Origin: Candidatus Omnitrophota bacterium
GTDB lineage: Bacteria > Omnitrophota > Gorgyraeia > 1-14-0-20-64-10
Assembly (NCBI GenBank): GCA_023248155.1
Contig: JAHFFE010000008.1
Span: forward strand, 6,515-70,514
Reading direction: 5' to 3'
DNA length: 64,000 nt
Positions 15,001-21,000 of the stretch are shown in pieces (position 1 is the stretch's first letter; each line of letters begins with the position of its first letter). Made by a program: the position numbers and the translations under genes. Below the pieces are notes generated by a model. It had not been told where the DNA came from. It made no database searches and saw only the letters and a program-made list of their open reading frames with translations.

Positions 15001-18000
15001 AAGGCCGATGCCACCGGCGTTCTGCGATTGACCGAGAAAGGCCAGAGTTCTTTGACTGAACTGGATCGGGCAACGGCAACGGTTCCAATCGTGTCATCTC
15101 TCTCAGAAGCCAGAACCGTCAGCCAGGCAATCCGGTTCGTTCAGTCTGAAGTGGGCCGCGAAGAACTTCCACTGCTGGCGGGCCGTTCCGCACCCGACTC
15201 GGTTCGTACGCTGACATTGCGCGATAATTTGAACGGTCTTCTGGAAAGCGTCGGATTAACGGAAGGCGAGCGAACCAATTTCCTCAACAGTCCGGAACTG
15301 CAGCGGCTTCAGGACGGGCAGGGCCGCTTCATCGGCGAGTCCGGTCGTAATTTTGTCGAGACCTCAGAACAACTGGTTGCCGCTGTGCGGAATGATTCCG
15401 ACCGTGGAGCGCTTTCGACGGCGCTGACATCGCTGGGCCATTCCGATTGGGCCGCGATCGTGACAAATGGAACGCAGCCGGGTAACGGCCTCGCGCTGGC
15501 ACAGACGGCGCTCGGTTTGTCGTCCAGCCCGCTGACCGATCCGCAATCCGGCGGCGTTAAATTCCTAGTTAGCGTCGGGTATCAGCTGCAGTTAGAACAG
15601 ACCCCGGCATCGGTTCAGTTATCGCCGAGCGATTGGGCCCGTTTGCAGACTTCCTCGAATATGGGGCTTGAGCTGAACTCGCTTCTTGGTACCCGTACGA
15701 CGGTTGATCCGGCGCTGATGGCGCGCGCGCAGTCAGGTCAGGAAACCATCCAGCAGGTGCTGCCGATCCGCCAGCAGCTGCATCAGATAGAAAAAGAACT
15801 CGATTCCATTCAGGACAGCCGTATTGAAGAAGCCGTGAAAACTGGCCGCGATAACCCGGTCTCGGTGAAGCGGGGTGATAAGAATGATCCATTGCCGGCC
15901 AACCTGGTTTTGAAGGAAGCGGAATTGACGCGCCGCCGCGATCAGACTCAGACACAGTTGACCAAGGCCGAGAAACCGCTGGACAAAGGTCTTCTAACGG
16001 TGGCCGATCTGGTGACTACGCATGCCGGCGGAGATGTGGACAGAGCCGCATCACTGGCCGTTCGGTTTAACCCGGCGTTGCAGTCGTACTCGCATAGCCA
16101 GTTAACGCAGGCGCTGCGCCGCTTGACCCAGCCGGTCAGGGATAATGGTTTCGGTCTGCAAGGGCGGAGCATCTCGGTCTATGATCTCGACAACTACCTG
16201 CGCGACTCGCGTGAATTCCTGAAAACCGCTGCGCCTTCGCGCGGCCTGTTGTCTGAAGCTTTGACCGAGTTGGATAAAGCGATTGATTTGGAAAAAATAG
16301 AGGGAACCCGGACCAAGGATAAGTCGAAGTCGGAAGTCACCCTGCCGATTATTGAAGCGGCGGCCGCCGCGACGGTTGCCCGTTTATCGGCCGGCCGAGT
16401 TGAAAAAATGGCCGGAGAAAATGAAGACGTGCCCCTCTTGGATGGCGTTCCTCTGACCAACGAAAGGGTTACCCGCTTGTTAATGACCGCGGTTAATCCG
16501 ACTGCTTCCGACAATGATTTATCGGCGGCGGTGACGATCGGCTCTGTGGCAACCGATTTGTCTGAACAGCAAGTCGGCAGTTATCAGACTGATCCGTCCT
16601 TATTAAGAGCGCGCCAGCGCGCCGCACTCGAATCGGCCGCCCGGCGTGTTGCCTACCGCGATGTTTCGAACAAGGCCGAACAGCTGGTGGCCCGTTTTGA
16701 AGCACAGGATAAGTCGTTAACGCCGGCTGACCTGAAAATTATTTATACCGCCTTCGAAGCCCTTGAGAATAAAAAAGACAGGGGTGCCCTTGTGCAGATT
16801 GTCCGCGCGCAATTATCGCAAAACGAGCTTTCTGCCGGGCAGATAATCCAGCAGCATCCGGCGGAAGTTGTATCAGAATACCGCAGCGCGCTGTTGCGCG
16901 ATCCGCTCAGCCTGCTTCCGTCCATCAGCCTGGTTGCTTCGGTCGCGTCCCAGGAAAAGATCAACAATAATTCGTATGCGTCTCTGGCTGCCGGCCGGCG
17001 AACCTTGATCGATCGCCTCGATTCAGTCAACCGGTTGTTTAACCCGGACCTGCAGGAGTCTGCGGCGACCGGGTTGGTAGAGGAGCGGCTGGGTATCGTT
17101 TCTCTGACGGCCGCTTCCAATGTCTCGATCGAACAGTCGTTGCTGCACTTAAATCGCATGGTGGCCAACGGCCGGCAGGAATTCTCCGATCCGGCCGGAA
17201 TCTTTGTCCGGCTCAACCTGAAACTGACCCAGGCTTCTTCCTTGCGGATCGACGAGGCTCGTTCGGCCGCGGCGCGTGTGACGCATCTGTTAGAAAAAGG
17301 ATTGCGGCGTGAAGATTTGGTTCCGCAGATTACGGCTCAGGCCGTTGATCAGTTGCGCGCGAAGGTCGGTCTGCCGCCATTGAACCTAAACCAGGTCCAG
17401 CGCGTGGTCTATGACCGCTACCTGCCGTTTGTGGAACGGGAATTGGGCGGCGTTGCCAATCCGGCGGCCAGCCAGAAACAACTCTCTTCCTATGCGGTCA
17501 ATGAGCTCAAATCAATTTTGACCGATATGGGCAATCCGGTCGCGTCGAACATCGCCCAGCAAATTTCCGATATCACGATTTTGCAGCTGGTTCAGTTAAG
17601 CCATAACTTAAACCAGCAGGTCTTTATCCCGAACAACACGGCGATCGCGATCCATCCGGAAGGGATCACGGCCGGCGCGTTGTCCGATGTGAAAGACCGG
17701 AATATTAACGGCATCACCGTTTTTGATGTCTTGGTCGATCAACCGTTTGAAAATGTGATGGGCAGCACGCCGGGTGCCATGCATTTTGAAAATGTCGGCG
17801 TCGCTATGCCGGAAAAAGGATTCCGCGTTCTGGATGTCGTTTCGATGCTGCGCGCTGGCCAGGTGAATATTCAGGCGCAGAAGATTGCCCGCTTGCTTCG
17901 CGAGAGCGGAGATTCGGCCAGCCTTCAGGTCGCTAATCTGGTTATCAGCTGGGCGCAACAGATTGAAGCTCAGGTTGACCGCTCCCGCATTACGATTGAC

Positions 18001-21000
18001 GGCACCGCGCGGTCTTTGCAGAAAAATCAGCGGATTGAGGAAAGCTGGCACGCTTCCGACCGCGCTTCCGTCGGCCAGCTAGGTGATGTGGCCAGCCAGG
18101 GTTCTCAGGCCATTCCGGCTACTGTCGCGGCGATACTGCGTGAAGACGGCCGGCTAATTCAAGTGGTGGCTGGTTCCGCTGATCCGGCAGCGATGGCCGC
18201 GGCGCGCAGCCAGTTAACCGGAGATGATAATGGTTCCGTCTTCGAGTTGTCGGCGAAACTGGAACGGTTGCGCGCTTCCAGTGACATTAATGAGTTGGCG
18301 ATCGAATTTACCAACACCTTGATTCAGTGGGAAAACGACAGCGGTTTGTATGTGAAGGCGTTCGGCTGGGTTCTGCGGATGATGGACAGCAAGGGTGTTA
18401 CTCTGTCCGGTGCTACCGCTGATGAAGCGATGGCCGGGTTCCGCCGCGGCATGGCCGATATTCAGAACGATACCTTCTACCGCTATGATGAGCGGCTGGA
18501 GCGGCTCGATGGCGACCAGCAGCTGAAGATGCGCTTTATTGGACGGGATACCGCGCAGCAGAGATTCTTTGTTCAAGCATCGGCTGAAAATCGTGCCGCT
18601 TATGTTGCCACACAGCAGGCGCTGGCTCGTTCGGTCGACAGTTATTTAACCCGGGCCGGACTGGAAGAAGGTGGCGGTGAAGAACCGAAGCCGGAAGAAA
18701 TCGCCGCTGCCAAAGCCAAGGAAATCGATACCGCATGGAAACAGCTGACAGCAATTTCCAAAGATGTTCAGGCGCCGATCGTTATCTCAGCGAATATTCG
18801 TCAGGCTAACGGCATCGTGATGCCGGCTGAAGCGGTACTCATTGAGCAGGCAATGGCTCGCCGCGTGGATGCGGCTGTTCAGCGTTTAATCGAACGGATC
18901 AACGGTGCTGCCGTTATCCGCCGCATGAATGTTCAGGAAGCGGCGATGGATGCCGTTGAACGGCAGGTACCGGTCTTCCTGATGAATAACGGGCGGCCTG
19001 AGCGCGTGATGGGTATGGATCGCAGCGGTCTGCTCGTCACGATGGGCGTTGGAAAAGACCAGACGCTTCAGCAAATAACCGCCGATCCTGCTCTGCAGGA
19101 AGCCGATTTCCTGGTCGGTGTTTTCCAGCCGATTGCGTTGGGTGAGCCGGTGACGCTCAAGCGAGGCGGTGTCGATGAACAGGTCCGGTTCGAATTTGTT
19201 TCTAACGGCGCCACAGCTTCTTCTTGGGAAATGCTGGACAAAGACGGTATTACTGATGTCATCCGTTCGCTGGCAAGAGAACCCGGATCATTTGAACGGT
19301 TTGAAGCCAGTTGGAAAACCCAGCATGAGACACCTGGCACAATCCACGCGGTGGCCCGTGACTCTAAGGGCCGCATTGTCGCCTCCATCGTCACTTATCC
19401 CGACTCTGCGGAAGTACATCCGGGTGATTACGCGGCTGCTCAGCAGGCCGGAGCTTCTTATTTAGTCAGCCAGCCGGCTCTTTACATCAAATATTGGGCT
19501 GCTGCCGATGGTGATAAAAAAGTCAGCGGTGCCGGCGATGCGCTCAGAGCCGCGCTGTTAAAAGCTTTGAAGGAAGGGAAGGTTTCTTCAAAGGATCGCA
19601 AGCCGTATCAATTGGTTACCTTCCACGCCAGAGCCGAACAATTCGGACAAGAAGGAACAGCGGCTCCGTCTGTCTTCGATATTTTGTGGAAAGAAAAGCT
19701 TCAGTTATCTGCTGACTCATATGATCTGATTACTCAGAAGGGATATTACCAGGGGTCTCATGGCGAAAGCGTGGATGCTCACTACGCGATTATCAAAACA
19801 GATAAAATTTTCTCAGAACAAACACCGGTTCCGCCGATTCAGAAGAGCGGCGCCGAAGAAGCGGTTATTGAAGAATCGGTAATTAATGAATTCGCCGATG
19901 GCCTGTTAGGCCGCCAGCTGGACGCGGTCATCACCAGCCAGATTGATCAGTTAACGGCCGGTTCAGGACAGGAATTAAGAAAACTGCCGGAAATCCGCCG
20001 GTTATCGGTGACCGATGCTGATATGAACTCGGTGATGGAAGCGCTGAAAGATCCTCGCACGATCGAAGACTTAAACTGCGCCTGTGCGTCGGCGGTCAAC
20101 TACGCGCGCGCGATGGGCCAGCAAGTGACCGCGCCGGATATGGGCAATATTGTCCACCGGTTCGTCGGACTGATGGTCCGGCAGGCGCTGACCGACAACG
20201 GCAGTTCACTGACGCTCTATGAGCGGTTGGGCATGGGCGAGCGTCCGTCGATCCCGGTTCCATTTGAACTGATCCAGACGGTATTGGCCACGCCTGGCCT
20301 GATTGCCGCCGCGCCGCGCGGATTTGTAACGACGCTTTACCAGACCTCCGCGGTTCCGGCAGGGAAAACCGTGACGGTGATGGAACGGACCGAATCGGTT
20401 CCGGTTCCGTCGGCGATTTACAGCCGTTACGCCAGGGAAGGTTTTGTACTGGGGAATCGCAACGGTCCGTTTGTTGCTTATCTGGAAGGGCGCAACATTG
20501 GCGGGCATGCCGCGGTAGTTTCTGCGATGCCGGATGCCGTTACAATCAGCCCGGTGGCGCCGGTTAGCGTGCGCGGATTTATGGTTCGCGGTCCGGCCAT
20601 GTTTGCGATCAAAGACGGCGTTTTGTACGCTGACAGCAAACAGGTAACCGGTCTCGATCAGGCGTTGGCCACGGTTCAAACCAGCCGTTGGCAGAAGGTC
20701 GCGATGGCAGGAATTGGTGGGGCTCCCGGTACGGTCAAGGCTGTTGATGAGATGGCCACCGCGGTCATCGAAGCGGCGAATTCGAATACGAATTCGTCAT
20801 CGCCGGTTGAAGGGCTTCCGCCCGATAATAGAGTACTCTCGGGCAGTCTTAGCAAGGCGAAGAAGCGGCTTGCTCGGCAGGCTGTTGCAAAGAGTAGGTT
20901 TGAAACCTGGCTCAGCAAACTGGCCCGGATTGCCACGCTGGGTGAAGAGCTGGCAAAGTTCCAGGAAGGATTGAATGAATTAAACAAATTGGATGATGGG

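Noticed and set aside
14300-15097. 265-aa - strand ORF, and many other 60-300 aa antisense or off-frame ORFs (for example 36174-36905, 41771-42535, 52701-53615, 55811-56590, 60736-61560, 61871-62560).
   Set aside because: These are shadow ORFs typical of GC-rich DNA, lying antisense to + strand genes. The + strand genes are supported by length, paralogy and recognisable domains, and the translations of the shadow ORFs are Arg/Pro/Gly/Ser-rich nonsense.
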